Made by a program: the position numbers and the translations under genes. The notes below the pieces were generated by a model. That model was not told the origin of the DNA, made no database searches, and worked only from the letters and a program-made list of their open reading frames with translations. Below are positions 21,137 through 35,560 of a stretch of 64,000 nt of DNA, in pieces; positions within the stretch are counted from its first letter, which is position 1; the number at the start of each line of letters is the position of its first letter. The stretch is taken from contig RSEE01000082.1 of NCBI GenBank assembly GCA_003971905.1, positions 1 through 64,000 of the forward strand, given 5' to 3'. This DNA is from Moniliella sp. 'wahieum'. Taxonomy: Eukaryota.

Positions 21137-23298
21137 GATGGAGGTACAGAGGCAACGGAAAGTAGGAAGCTGTGATGGTAGATCCTGGAAGAGAGACAAC
21201 AGGGAAAGGAGTGCGTTTTATCGTTGAGCAAGGCGTCGCCATGCAAGCGGCCACCGAGAGCGGGAAGGAGAGGGGGTGTGGCGCCTGCAGGTGGCAACGG
21301 TTCGGCACATGTGGCGTGGGGCGTAGGGTTAGCCGACTGGTGACTGGGTTGATCGAGTGGCCATCGCCTGTTGGACTGGCCTGCGTGGTGGGGCGCAGAG
21401 TGGGCAGAGGTTCGTGCCCAAACATTCATCTGTCCCAGCCGCCCCGGAGACACCAGTACTCAGCGCTGGTTGCTGAGTCTTGACGCAGATACGCACGCGC
21501 CACCACCAGGCGCCTCGGCGATACGGAGACACGCAGCGCTGACGATCTCCATGATTGTTGAACCTTCGTTGAAGCCTGAAGCTTGGAGCAGATGCGCCCG
21601 TGCCGCCTACCACCCGCCTTCTGGCCTCGCTCAGCAAGTTCGCCGCCATGCTGCAGAGTGCGGTGCAGCCCACTCCCACGGCACAACGGAAGAACCACTA
21701 GGCGCGGCCAGCGCACTGGGTGGCAGGTGGCTGCGCTGGGGTGGGGGCTGAGTCTGAGCCTGAGGCCCTGAGACTGGAAGCCGGAGGCCTGCCATGAGTG
21801 CATGAGCCCTGCTTGCAGTGTTGGAATCGAACAATCGAAGCTCTTTATTTGTCTTTGCCCTTGAGAGCTTGAGCGCTTGAGCATACGCCAAGCGGAGTTC
21901 GACGTTCGACGTTCAGTAACTCAGGCGCTCACTGCCTGAGCGTTGAGGCTCTGATGTGAGCGCACCATGTGGGCCCTCTGGCTAAGTAACTGGGCCCAGG
22001 CGTCCATATCCTGCTGGCCGTGAGAGTCGCCGTCAAGCCTCAAGCTTCAAGTTGAAGCGTCAAGAAGAGCGACGCCAGTTGAAGGCAGCGATGACAAAAA
22101 GCGATGGCGTCCGCGGAGCCAGCGGCCTGAGTGGGACGAATGAATTGTCGATGAAATCGGCAGTCGGTACATTCTGCCACCGAGCCCCGGCTGTCACACA
22201 CACCTGCCCCCTTTGAAAGTTGCAAGCCTCAATATAGCACTGGGCGCGTGCGTTCAGGGGAGGCGCACGGGCCACCGTCGCATCTGCCTAATAGGTGCGA
22301 GGCATTGCCAGAGGTGTGGCCAGTGTGTTGTCCCTGCCACACCTGCCACACAGTACTCGCCCACTACCTGGTTCTTGTGCCGGCGGCCCAACCTCGAGGC
22401 GAGCCAGGAAACCCCCTTACCAGATCCGTCGCCCTTGTCGCCCCAAATGCGCCGATTTCCCTCGACCGTACAGCCATGAGTGCCCAGGCTGAGTCAGTCT
22501 CTTGCTTCCCCCAGTAGCTCTCTCGACCAGACGAGAGAAGAAAGTCGGGGAAGAGTGCTCTACCATCGGAAGAGACGGACATGATAATGTACTGCTAACC
22601 GTCACCCGCCTTCCTTCGTGCGGTATACACGGGTAGCTCGGCCCCGGCATCTGGGCGCATCAAAAAGCCACATTTGCTGGGCGGAGAGGCAACAAATTGA
22701 GATGAAACGCCAGTGGCAGTGTTCGCTGACTATATATGCGCTCGACGCCCAAGGGAGCACAACCTCTGATCTCAAAATCTCAAGGGGATGAACTTCAATA
22801 GGCGACGAAAATGCAAGAATATCCTTCAGCTTCACGCATGTCCATCACGATCAACATCTTAGACTTCAACTTCGCTTCAACCGAGGAATGCAGGTACGCT
22901 AACCGCTAATAACCCGCGGAGTCGATGGTCGCTTCGATCGCTGCGTTACATCTTTGTGCTTTCCGGTTACCCCAGCCAGTGTGGGAACCGAAAGAGAACC
23001 AAATGAGGGAAGTATATTATCACCATGCCTACAAAGGGGGACCCGCAGTGCCCGAGAGTACGATCACATCCGATATATACTGAGAAAAACCGAGTTGGGG
23101 ACAGATAGGGATATATGGGGTAGCCAGAACAGGACCGGCCAAGTGAGCCTCACTCGAGCATATGGGAGATCAAGAAAGAACAGAGAAAAGGAAAAAGAGC
23201 AAGAGAGAGCAAGATACAAGGGAAGCGATGCTGACAGCACGAAAGAAGATGGAACGAGTAGAGGCCAAGAGAGCAGCGGAGAGGGGAGTTTAGGATAT

Positions 23299-26200
23299 TT
23301 ACAAAAAGCCACTGTCCTGGAGCAACGCTGCGATCCGCTCATCGTCCCTCTCCCGCGGCTCGATCTCGAGCGAGCGGTCGTACAGGTCGGTATCGACGAC
23401 GGACGAAGCCAGAGCTTGCTCCAGGAAGGTGCGGATGCTGGCCACGGGTGTAAGATTGTACCTGGTGGAGCAAGCGGAGAGAAAAAAGGAGAGAAAGAGA
23501 AAGATAGTTAGACAGGGCTGCGCTGGAACAACGTTCCAACCATAACAAGACGTGACGCGTGAGGTCGGGAGGAGAAGGGAGCGGGACGGGTGCGGGGGAC
23601 GTACGGTGTGCTTTGGTAGATCATAATCTCCTTAACCACCTCGGCCGTCTTGTGATGTTTGCTAAAGTTGATCAGGCGTGAATCGTGGCGGAGGCGATCG
23701 GGATTATCTTCCACTCGCATCTTCGATAAAGGTCAGGTCGGTAAGGTAGACGCCACAAGAAGGGGACGCAGGGCGGGGCGAGGGGTTATGGATCATGTCG
23801 CGGTACATGGTGAAGTTTTTAGACGACTGCATGATAGCGTTGAGCTGATGGAGCTGGGCGATAGCGCGGCTCGTGACTTGTTCCCACGTTTTGCGGAGAC
23901 GGTGCACGGGCGGAATGGAGACCGCTAACGATGGCTGTCATGGTACTAAAGTTGTGCAGGTGCCAACACTGATTGGCAATGGCGATGAAGTGACGTACGA
24001 GGAGTGCGCGTTTCTTCACATCCGCTTCCTCCAGCACCGTGCTGCTGGTCCACCCGCTGAGGAGATTGCTGAGGTGGATCACGCCCTTGATCCCCTTAGC
24101 ACATGTTGCGCCACTCGACCGGCTCCACGCCTTGTCCAGACACTCAAATGGCTTGATCCGTCCAAACCGTTCGCTCTCGAGCAGGGTCAGCTGCCGTGCC
24201 ACCTCGAGCGGGTCGAGGTCCAGCAGGTTGAGTTGAGTGGCGGGTGGTTACGGGGATAAATTGGTGCTGGGGCGGGCGGGTCCGGTGGTACGATGGCCGA
24301 AGCAGCATCGGTCATTCTCGTACCGTCGGCACTGACGCTCTCCTCGCGCTTGTCCAACAGTCGGAGCAGTTGGGGGATGCAAGTTTCATCGACGGGCGCG
24401 ATGCCATGTCATCTTGGAGGAAGGTGCGCAAGCGAGCAAAGTTGGGCGGATCGTCGGTATCGAAAATGTACGTTTCCAACCAACTCTTCAGCACATTGAA
24501 CACGCGCAGTTGGACCGGGCGCTGCACCTTGCTGGTCCACTCTTGCCCCTCGGGGGGGACAAGCCTTCGGGCATGGTGAGGCGGAAGCGGCGGATGAGGT
24601 GATCGATGAACACATCCGTCGTGGTAAAAGAGCGAAAGGTGAGCAGAAATGTACTGGAAAGGACGGGTCCGATTTATCGTGAGCCGTGAGATAGACAATC
24701 AGCGCCTCGAGCGTGGGCCCTTGACATGTCCTTCGGGGGTCAGTTCAATGTCCTGAGCAGCCAGACCGAGGGAGCAAGGGGCGAAACGGGCGGTCGACCT
24801 TGGTTTCAGACGGAGGAGCAGGACGGGAGAAGGACCCTGGGCAGAAGAAGGGGCACTAGAAGGGGATAGGCCGATGGGGGAAGTTTGGGGGTGGCCACCG
24901 AATCAATTGAAAGCGTGCGTTCGACGGGGAACATCTCCGATGCTGGGTCCCGTAGAGAGAGGAGCCGCAGGGCTGAGGGAAGACGAGCGGTCGAGAGAGG
25001 AGGTGGATGAGAGAGTTTGCTTGGTGAGGCTGGGTACAGAGGGTGACAAGCTCCTGCCCGGAGAAGACGGGTGGCTTTTGGCAGGAAGGATGTGGGAGAG
25101 CCAGTGGGACGGAGCGGTTTGGGCGGCGGAGGCCGAGCGGCCTCGAAGAGCGAACCAAGATGCGCTAGGAGACGTGGCTCCCGAACGAGCCTTACTTTTC
25201 CCGCCCTTTTCCCTTGAAGCAGCCGAGGGGATGCGCGGCGGGGAGGCAGGCGAGTGGAGAGGGTGGATCCAGAGTAGGCTGTCGTGTCGGATACATCTGC
25301 TGGCGCATCTGGCCCGTCGGGGACGACGACCCCTGGTCCAAGGTACATCATCCCATCGGGATCCGGGGGAGCGACGAGGGCATGACGATGGGGGGGCACA
25401 GCACGTTGGTGCTGGGAAGAACCGGTGACTGGAGTCGAAGGGACAGGTGCAGGAGGGGAAACAGGGTCGGAGCGTGCCCGCGCCCCTCGGTTGGGAGCAT
25501 GTCCTTGCCTGTTTTTCTGCCACCACCACCAGCGCGTTGAGGCTCTCTGTCGTTTGCGCCACCACCGATGCCAATGAGGAGGAAGCATGGGCCAAGCGCG
25601 CGGATGCGTCCGGGTCCATCTCCATGGTGGTCGCCCAACTGGCCATGGCAGACATCTCTTGTGCTTCAGCAAAGACGTTGGCCATGCCATCATACAGATC
25701 TTGTTTGAGCTGGATAAAAGTGGACGTCAAGCTGGACGCTTTCTGGGCCAACGCACCCGCGGGGCCTTCGTGACTGTCCACGTCAAGAGACGCAGCAAGG
25801 TCAATGTCCTCCAGGAGGGAGATGAATGAGCCAACGCCCGTGAGAGCGGTGCGGACCAGGTCGGCCATCGCATCCATAATGCTCTCCACAGATTCAAAGC
25901 CGATCGCAGGACTTGGACAGGGCGAGGAGGCAGCACTAGAGCTTGGCGTTGAGGCTGAGGTTGAGGCTGAGGTTGAGGATGACCTCATCCCCGCCCCACT
26001 GGCCACGCGGGGCGCCATCTTGGCCAACTCTTGCAAACAGTTTGAACCCGTCGACTTTGCAAGGCTGCCTTGTTCCACGGAAGACTTGCACCCAGCAGCT
26101 CCGACGGTTGCCCCGGCACCTTTTCACAGCGTTGCGCGTCATGAGCGGAGGAGAAGGCCGATTCCTCCTTGGTTGCAACAGGGTCCATGGGGGCCAATGA

Positions 26201-28131
26201 TGTACTTGCCGCCTGGCTGGGGGGAAGGACGAATCCGTTGCCTCGCCACCCAGCTGCTGCTCCCCCAGAGAGGAGGGTGTGAGGGTCGATCCCAGCTTCG
26301 CCCTTGCCTGAGTGAAGGACAGCTTGGAGGCGGAAGGGCCAGTCGGGTCCAACAGGGTACTCGTCCGAGAAGAGGGGCTGACCCAATGCCACACGGGTGG
26401 CGGCTGAGGTACGAAGTTTATCCAACTCGGCACTCAGCTCGTTGGTTACCCGCAGCAGGTCCATCTATCTTCGCGCACGCGGTTTTTTCGTTCTCAAAGC
26501 GCAACGGGCGCTGTTGACCCCACCTGACCCACTTGCATTTCCTCCAAGGTGGGGAAACGGGTCCATTCGACTGAGCTCAATGAGCGTTTGGGAAGACAAG
26601 AGCCAGCGTGCCAAGCTGTGCGAGACTCGCTGGCCAAATCCCGCGACTGTGAGGGGCACACTTGGTGGCGCAAACGTTTTGCCTGGTTGGGAGGGGGAGA
26701 TAAGGCTCGAATTGAGCGAACTGGCGTCGGATTGGGACCGACTTGGTCCGGTTGGGAAAGCGGAAGAAAAGGGGGAGAGCAGCGAGGTTGTCGACATACC
26801 TGTCCGCAAGGAGAGAGAGGGATGGAGCGAGCTTTCCTCCCACAAGGACTGGCGTCCGCCCGAGGCAAATAAAAGAGAACGGAGAGAACGGGTGACACGG
26901 ATCTGTGCTTGAGCAAGTGCATCGGTGGATGTGGAGGACCGTGTGGGGAAGGGATAAGAAGGTAGAATGGGTCGGAGGCAGCGCCGTCGAGGCACTTGGA
27001 TGCAACGCGGTCAAGGCAGTGACAAACTCAGCGAGACTTTCTGCCATCTGTTCTTGCACCAGTGCCAACTCATCGAAACGAGTGGTAAGATCGATCACCT
27101 TGAGAGAGTCGTACATCCGCGGCGTCAAGGAGTCGTCGTCCTCCGAATCCTCAGACGGTTCTGGGCTGCCGCGCAACATGGCCCACTGCAAGTGCAAGGC
27201 CGCATCAGTGGTGTGTGCTCGGGAGGGGTGGGGGTGGGCAGAGGGGGTGGTGGAAGAAAGAGGGGCACGAGCGTGGGATGCAAGGGTGGGAGCACTCAGA
27301 ACGTCAGCGGTGACCGACTTGCCAGGGAGGTTGAGCTGCTGACACAGCGCGTTGATTGACTCCAAGGCTTCATCCGACGGTTCGTGTGTCGTCACTGCGG
27401 AGACAAAATCAGTATAGGGACATATTTCCTGCGTGTCGAGATTGTAGTAGAAGAAATCTTGTTCGTCGTCGGCCAAACGCAGCACCCACGGCAACTGAAC
27501 CAGAGCCGATTTGGACGGATGGGCATTACGAGCCAGCTGGTCCGGCGATTCGTGGACTGGCAGAAAGGAAGTGGACGTTCCTAGAGCAGCAAAGAGGGGG
27601 TGGTCAGGGGGGTGCTGTTGCCCAACGCAGGCGGGGGGGAACGCGGCGCGGGACATACCAGTGGCGGGGTTGTGGGAGCGGTGAAGGGGACGGGTGGGGA
27701 GTCGGGTCGGGGACATGCTGATCGGGTATGTCTGGGCGGGAGGGATCGACAGTGTCTTGGGGAAAGGCGTCGTGGAGATGGGGAGAGTGGGAGACGAGGT
27801 GGGTGTCGAGCAAGGCCTGCTCGGCATCGAGGGGCGCGCCGACGCAGCCAGGACGGCGGCCACCTCGGCGGCGAGCTCGGGGTCGGCATCCATCTCGTCT
27901 TGGAGGATGGGCTGGACGTAGTTGCTGGGGAACCAGCCGCGGACACAGGGCCCGAACAGGTGCGGGTCCAGCAGGCCGTCCCACCATCCCGAGTCGAGGC
28001 GGGAGAGGACGTGGATGAGGGCGCCGGCCTGGAAGGTGAGGCCATTGGGGGTGGGTGCCGGCAAAATCGTACAGGGCGCGGACGACGAGGGGCTGGAGGA
28101 GAGGAGGTGTGTCGAGAAGAGGGTCGAGCAT
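23299..28131 (-). CDS. CDC25: Ras guanine-nucleotide exchange factor, Cdc25/Sql2-like (SH3, WW-like, RasGEF_N, RasGEF)
   Basis: VRALYDF..LTFQAGALIHVLSRLDSGWWDG..RGWFPSNYV; WVLRLADDEQDFFYYNLDT; RVFNVLKSWLE; ARQLTLLES..KPFECLDKAW; HNFS; GVYLTDLTFIED; INFSKH; C-terminus LEIEPRERDDERIAALLQDSGFL*. Intron ~23462-23604; several frameshifts. Confidence 0.92.
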
Positions 28132-29095
28132 GGCAGGCGTGGGTGGGTATGTGGGGCTAGGATGGGGGGAGGGGGGTGGAGGGGGTGGGGGGTGGGGAGG
28201 GGGGTGGGGAGGGGGGAGGGGGGCAGATTGCACGTGCGATCTCCGATGTGCGCTTGCGTCCACGGGCGAGTCTGGCTGTGGCACCTGTGCTGGGATGCCC
28301 CTACGCCACTGGGTGCTAGGCCTGTCTGGGTGTGGGTGCTGGGTCTGGGTAAGGCAGGGTCTGAGGTCTCAGTACCCGACGGAGTACACTCTTGATTATA
28401 CGGCGTACGCTGCGCTGCTGCCCCTCCCGCAGAGCTAGGAGCCAGGAGGCGCCACAGCCGGCCCAGCGCTGCACAGGCAGCACACTGGCGTGGTGGCGTC
28501 CGGGCAGTGGGGCGGCGGCGTTGGATCACACCATACACAGCGCCTGTGCCGGGCACGTGCACAGTACTGCCCGGCTGCTGGGGTGTGCCCAGAGCGGGTG
28601 CCTGGGCGGCTGCGCTGTCGCGGTGCGGTCGGGTGCCTGTCCCGTGAGGTCTGACATGGTGGCCACGTGCGCCAGGCGCCTGGTGCGTGATGCGTGATGC
28701 GTGATGCTCACGTTTATGCCGTACGGCTTTATTTAGGCCTTAGGCCCTAAGCGCCTGAGCGTCCTGGGTGTCTTCACTCGCTCTGGCCCTATCAACTATC
28801 AAAGATCGACTATCAGGATATCAGTAGCACCCCCTTCGCCGGTCTACTTCCAAGCCTACGTACTGAGCCCCCAAGCCTCCCAAGCCTCGCCCATCTGTCT
28901 CGTTCTCCACCTAGCAGGCAGCCGCCGATGATTAATGATTGATCATCGATGATTGACAATTGGCAGAACATCCCCATTGAACGTCTGAACGGGAAGCTTG
29001 AAGCTTGAAGCTTGAAGCTTGAAGCTTGATCTGAGCAGCAAGTCCATCAGAGCTATCGCCGCCGCATCCCACTCGGTGCCTCTGCCCATCTAGCC

Positions 29096-30893
29096 TCAGG
29101 CCTCAGGCTGAGCCCCTGCTGGGGCTGGATCCGAAGCCAGCGCCTCGAGATGCGCAGGGTACTTGAGCCCGTTCTGCGCCCGCACCGCATCAAAGATACG
29201 CATCTCCGTCAGTGTGTCGTCTGCGCACCCCCGCCCCCAGCCACATCATGTCAGCAACTCAGTACGCAGTGTCCAGTCGGGCCCGCCTATCTCCGATCCG
29301 ATCTCCGATCTCAGATCTCGAGCTCCTGAGCCAAGGCAGGCCAAGAAGGAAAGAACGAGATAAGAGCAACGATCCAACGATCCCTCGATTCCTCGAACCA
29401 TCGAACAGGAGAGTGTGTACGCACCAAAGGTAACCACTGACGACTGGGTCTTGCCATCGCGCAGGGCGCGCGCCGTCTCGTCCGCTTCCCAGTGCATGCC
29501 CTGTCCGGGAATGGGGACCGTGACCGCGGTGGGCTCACCAGTGAAAAAGCCCTTGGCATCCTTCAACTGCACACATACTCTTCCGGGCGGTAGGCGTGGC
29601 GGGTAATCAGCAGCTCGCCCTACTCCCCCGCACCCCATACCCGCACCCACACATCGATCGCCACATCGGTTAGTCATCGCATTGCATCATTGCATCATCG
29701 CATCATCGCATCATCGCATCTTCCGCCCCTGCCCCCCTCCCCCTCCCCACTGGTTCTGGAACACATGCGTACCTTCTCCCCCTGAACACACACGCAAAAT
29801 GGCTTGGACGTTAGGGTGCTCATGCTTGCCGTGGCAATCCCTGGGCACCGCAACGGGGTCAGCCGGGTCAAGTCAACGTTCAACGAGTCAGCATGGGCAG
29901 GAGTGAGGTTCTGCCTTGGCGTTGATCTGGTTGAGCCTAGGCCTGCGGCCTGGCCATTCAACACAGATAAGACGCGGCAAGAGAGATAAGATCTAAGAGG
30001 CAGCAAGAGAGATAGGACGTACCTTGCGCATGCAATTCTTCAAAGTCGAGGATGATCGTCGTGTTCTCATCCACGCCCGTCAAGGGTGTCTTCATATAGA
30101 CGACGTGATCTTGGGGAACGTTTGGTTGTCAGGGTGCGAGTAGAGCAGCATCAGCTGCCAAACAAGTGGGTACGGACCGAGGTCGAGCATTGCGCCGCCT
30201 CCCAATTCGGGGGCGTACATGCGCGACGTAATGTCCACTGGGAACGGCTGGCTCAGGTCACTAAAAACGCGGACAATCTTTCCGAGCACTTTTCCTGGTG
30301 GAGCAAGCGCCGGACCTCGGTCACAATGGGGAAGAAGCGCGTCCACACTGCCTCCATAAAGAAAAGCTTTTTCTCCTTTGCCACTTGGATCAAGTGCTCG
30401 GTCTGCTGTGCATTGAGCGTGCATGGTTTCTGGCGCGGAACGAATCGAGCGTGCGGCGTCAGTACTCAGTACTCAGCACGCAGTAGTCGGTACACGGTAC
30501 TCGGTACTCATTACGCAGTGCGCTGGGCGGAAGGGGGACACACACACAGAGCACACATACTTCGCATAGCACCGACTTGCCAGCCTCGAGGGCGAGGAGG
30601 GAGTTGCTGTAGTGCAGAGTGTGCGGCGTAGCGACATAGATCACATCCACATTGGGGTCAGCCACCAGCTGGTCGTAGTTATCGTACGTGGCGACCGAAG
30701 CCGGAGCGGGGTGGGCAACGTCAAGGAGGAATTGCTGTGCGCGCTCAACCGAGGTGGAGGAGGCGACAGCGGCAATGGTGTGCTTGACGTCGGTTACGCC
30801 GCGGGTAGCAGGGTCGAGGAGCAGGTCCTTGACAAAGGTCTTGGCAATGTTGCCCGTGGCGAGGATGCCCCACTTGCAGGTAAACACAGACAT
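29096..30893 (-). CDS. Gfo/Idh/MocA family oxidoreductase (dihydrodiol / D-xylose dehydrogenase-like), multi-exon
   Basis: [42 protein letters not shown] split by an intron, [31 protein letters not shown]; last exon [17 protein letters not shown]. Confidence 0.9.
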
Positions 30894-32184
30894 GGGCGGG
30901 GGTGGAGGGTGCAGGCGCAGGCAGGCAGAACGAGGGGTGGTGGTGGCGGGGACGCAAGAAGAATACACCCCAACGTAGAATACCCTCCCCCGAGCGAAGA
31001 AGGGGGCGGCGGTAGGACCACGTGGGGCAGGTGCCGGCAGACTGGGGGGCAAGTGGCCAGTGCGCCCCGGCAGCGCACCACCCACACACTGCCGGCTAGT
31101 GCCCAGGCCAGCCGAGTTGATTACTTAACCCCGCCGCGCGGTGCATTGGTGTCTGATGCGTGTGTCAGTCAGAGGCGGAGGCGGCGGCGCTTGCACCGGC
31201 TCTTCTGCTGAGCGCTGCCCAAGCCCTTGGTGCCTTAGCCCTACTACCCCCTCCGGCCGAATCTCAAGTCTCACCGCATCGCCCCCCCCTGCGTGGGTCC
31301 CGATGCCCGAATCTGTGGTCGGGTGGAAGGTGCCTTCACAGCGACCAGCTCGATTGCGGGTCTCTGGCTCGCATCCTCAGACCGCACCAGTCACCGGCAG
31401 ACACGCCGGCATCTGCCGCTCCTCCTTCCATTGCCGCCCTCGTCCCAGCTGCCACGCGCCGACGTGCACATTGCACGGTAGCTGGTGTATAAGTATGCTT
31501 ACAAGGGAAATGAACTGGGAACCGAGCAACCAGATCTCAGATCTCAGGATTCTTCTTGCCAGCCCGTTTTCCCTCCGTTTGCGCCTCGAACGTTTCACTG
31601 CACGGTCCCAAGCCGGGCCTTCTGCCATATGCTGCCAAGTGTAAGATGAAGTGTGAGGTGGCTGGCCACACGCCCACGGTTTGCGGTCTTCAGTCAGGCA
31701 TCGGTTCGTCAGCGGCATTTTGAGTGTGCAGGAAGGAAGCACCCTCTCCGTCGACATAGTTGGCAGCAGGAGCGACAGACGCGCTAGTACGCCAGTGGCT
31801 TCTTGAACTTGGGCCCCAGGCAAAGTCAAGCCCACAATCCCGATTGCGCTCGTCCTCCGTGCGGGATGGAGGCTGGGGAGTGGGGCAGGGTTTAGTACGT
31901 TTAACCGAGGACGAGCTAAGATCCTGTGCGACGTCTGTTCGGTTGCGAGAGCTGGGCCAGTTGCGCTTGACCGAGGTGATGCAGAGGGGGCATGATAAGG
32001 TAAGCAAGCGGCAGCTGACAAGGAGTCGGATCCACGTTCCACCTGGACAGACTTTGAAATGTACAACCGTCCTCGGCCGGCGGGCAAGAAGTTACGCGTT
32101 ACGAGAGAACGACAGCGGACGCAGAGAGCCACCCCAGTTCATCCGTTGGCCACCACCACCGCTGTCCCGTGTCCGGAACGCGCG

Positions 32185-33886
32185 ATGGGTCGGTACTCCC
32201 CAGCATGGTGGCGCCAGTGCGAGCACAAGCACTGCCCGTCGCTTTCCTGCGCCCCTGCCTTATCCGCCCTTGTGTCATCCGCAACGGCAACCGGCACTGC
32301 ACCCGCGCCGCCTCCACCTTGACCGAGCGGCAAAAACATCTCGGCGCAGCTTCGAGCCAGTGGACGTGGGCGGAGGAAGATCTGGTGCGGGCAGAAGAAG
32401 AGATTGCGATTCGCAATGCGGCGTTTCCGCCCGACGGGATTTCCAGTTGCGCACGTTGCGGGAAACCAACAGTGCGCTGCAAGTGCGTTTGCGGGACAGT
32501 GCTCGGTTGCAGAAAAGTACGGGGGCGAGATGCAGCGGCTGATGGCGCTGCGTGGCGTCCTGATCGCCCGCCGATTGGGAAGAGCAAGTGGCGCAGGTCA
32601 AAGCGGCTGCGACAGAAGCCAAGAAAGAAAACGCGCACCTTTCCAGCAGGTGGAGGAGACGCTCCGTGCGGCCTTGGACCTGCGTCTTTTGTTGCCCAAC
32701 ACGACGCATCTCGACGCACCGCATGGCTGAGGCCAACGCGCGGATCGTGGCTGTTGGTGGGCCGCGCGCACTGTTCCCCATCCCCCCCACGGACTTGGTG
32801 GGAAAGACGATTGGGCAAGTGACTGACCAGCACTGTGCCGGAAAAGGATCATCACGGTAAGCTGCCCAGCTGCCTGGCAGCTGGGGCGGGATCGACATGG
32901 CGGCGGGTGTGACGGTAGCTGGCTCCTCGTGGCCGTACCTATTAGGGCCGTGTTTCGATTTTGGAGCAAGCCTTGACGCAGTACGCGATTTCGATTGCGC
33001 TCCAACACGGCTTTCTTCCCGTCTCCCCGCCCGAGGTGGCACGGACAGACGTGGCGGCGCGGTGTGTGGGTTCAACCCGCGCGGGGAGACGCTGGCGCAG
33101 ACGTACTTCGTTGGTACCAGGGTCGGGGAGAATGTGGATGCGGTGGACGATCTGTGTTTAGTGGGCACGGCCGAGGTTGCCCTGGGCGGTCTGGTGGCCG
33201 GCAAGACTTCCCTCCTCCGACGTCGGGAGAGCGGACGACAGGCGCGCTGGAAGGTGCAGTGCTACCGCTGCATTTGGTTGGACTGTCCCATGCGTCCGAG
33301 CGGAAGCTGGTGCACGCGGAACAGACACCCGCGGGCTGTACCGCGTGCACCAGTTTGCCAAAGCGGAACTGTTCGTGGTGTGCTACGCAGCCGAGTCGGA
33401 CCGCAAGTTGGAGCAGCTACGGGGGGTGCAGGAAGTGTGATTTCCTCCCTGGGCCTACCGTATCGTGTGCTGGACATGCCGAGCGAAGAGCTGGGCGCAA
33501 GCGCGGCACGCAAGTACGACATTGAAGTGTGGATGCCCGGGCGCGGATCGTGGGGGGAAGTGTCCGCTAGCAACTGCACTGACTTTCAAGCGCGTCGCTT
33601 GCTCATCAAGCACCGCCGGCCGTCCCGACCGAGGCCGAGTTATGCGCACACGCTCAATGCCACTGCCGCGGTGCCGCGACTGATTGTGGCGCTGCTGGAG
33701 AACTATGGGCTGACGCACGACGCGCCCGCCCGGCTGCGGCTGCCCAGCTCCTCGCTCCGTTCTGGCTGGCAGGGGCGGCGGATCCGCTGGTGGAGTGGGT
33801 GCCGGTGGAGAGCGAGCGGCAAGAGAGGGCGGAATGAAGCGATCCCCTTGCCTGCTTTTCCATCCATCTCGGGGGGGGGCGGATAG
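32185..33886 (+). CDS. Seryl-tRNA synthetase, probably mitochondrial (frameshifted in assembly)
   Basis: EQALTQYAISIA, GFNPRG, LCLVGTAEVALGG, RAEAGARGTDTRGLYRVHQFAKAELF, LGLPYRVLDMPSEELGASAARKYDIEVWMPGRG, SNCTDFQARRL, AHTLNATAAVPRLIVALLEN. Ends approximate. Confidence 0.92.
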
Positions 33887-34029
33887 ATCGCCATAGTATC
33901 CCTCCAGGTCGGGTCTAGGCGGGTGTGATCTGGGCTGAGTCGCTCACTAGACGAGGTGCGGGGTAAACGCTACGCGGATTCCGCGTGCGTTCCGCTGCGG
34001 GCGCCAGCGCACCCCCCGTGGCTGATCTG

Positions 34030-34600
34030 ATGGATGATTGCCTGCCCCGTGCCGCGTGGCGGAGGCATGAGCGATGCATGATGTGTGCTGATGCCCTGGT
34101 GGCCCGGTGCCGCCGCGCAGTCCTCGCGCCACCATTGCCCCGATGGCTACGACGGTCGGAGCAAGGCGGCGCCAACGGATGGTCTGGACGCGTTCCGGAA
34201 GCGCGACCAGTTCAAGGTGCTGGTACGGTTCAAGGCGGTGGGCAGTGCGCCCATCATGAAGAACAATGTGTTCCGCATCAGTGCCTTCAACAAGTTCCTT
34301 GCTGTCCATGTGTTTTGCGCCGCGAGCTGGGCTGCAAAACGTCCGACAACCCTTTCTCTACATCAACGCTGCCTTCTCCCCTGCGCTGGACGATACAGTA
34401 GGCAATCTGTTCCGGGTACGTCGGTTTCCTCCCCTGGGTTCCTTGGTTGCTTTGTTCCTTGGTTCCTTGGTTCTTCGTGCGCCAGCCCGCTTTCGCCCGG
34501 CAGAGCCGCTCGCTGACGCTACCCCTTCGCCACCACACAGAGCTTTGGGACCGAGGGCCACTTGATTGTCAACTACAGCACCACACCAGCATGGGGGTGA
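34030..34600 (+). CDS. ATG12: Ubiquitin-like autophagy protein Atg12
   Basis: KVLVRFKAVGSAPIMKNNVFRISA..FLYINAAFSPALDDTVGNLFR | intron ~34416-34540 | SFGTEGHLIVNYSTTPAWG*. Start uncertain. Confidence 0.93.
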
Positions 34601-35133
34601 GCGCTTGGTCCAAGTCCCCCCCCCCCCCCCCGTCCCAGCGGGTGCACGACGTCCAAGCCAAGCGCAGGAGGCCCATGGAAGCTGCCCGCCACACGAGCCA
34701 ATTCTTGTATCCATACACCTCCCGATACCATGCCTGTTGGGTGTATGGAGAGAGGGGAGTAAGGGAGGAGAGGAAGGAGGTGCTACTTGTCTGTAGCAAG
34801 GAGAAGCAGCTGTCCAAACGGGCTGTAACACGTTGGCGCCAGAGCTGTCCCCGGGGTCAACACGACCCCCCGACGCCGATCATATCAGATTGTCCATACA
34901 TTTGTGTCGCTTCAGTCGCCCCGACAACAAGCACAGTGCGGATGGTAATCCTACTCCCTTGCATGGGATACGCCGGGCCAAGCACGGCCCCGGGTTGGCC
35001 AGGCCGAGAGGGAGAAGATGATCCGTTACAAGCCCGAGAGCGTGGGGAATAGGGGGGAGAGAGGGGAGGAAGAGAGAGAGAGAGAAGGGCGGACAGAGGG
35101 GGGAAATAGAGAAGTGGGCGTGCATGACTTGGC

Positions 35134-35560
35134 TCAGTGGGTAGTCTTGACAGCGATGGGTCACAATGACGCAGATAATGGCAATAATACCAAGGATGAT
35201 GACAATGCGCATCTTCATCTGTAGGAGAAACAAGGTCAGGTCGACGGAACGCAAGTCACGCGACGCGGTCGCACGCAGGAGCACCATACGAACATCCTTC
35301 CACCACATCTTGCGGCGCACACGGTTAGCGCCCTGGGTGAACGCCTGAGACGACGTGACGAGGTTGTCGGTCTTGTCCTGGAGCGAGGAGAGGTTCTCGC
35401 CACGCTCGTGGACTTTGTTGATGTTGTCGCGCATGACGCCCACGGTATCGTCAATCTGGGCCTGGATCTGGGCGGTGCGCAACGTGCCGCCTGCCCGCGG
35501 GGGAGCATTGCTCTCGGCGGGGGCTGAGCCACTGGGAACGTAAGGGTCGTAGGCACTCAT
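35134..35560 (-). CDS. SNC1: Synaptobrevin / R-SNARE (Snc1/2-like)
   Basis: [54 protein letters not shown] | intron 35219-35293 | [19 protein letters not shown] transmembrane segment; one indel near the end. Confidence 0.92.
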
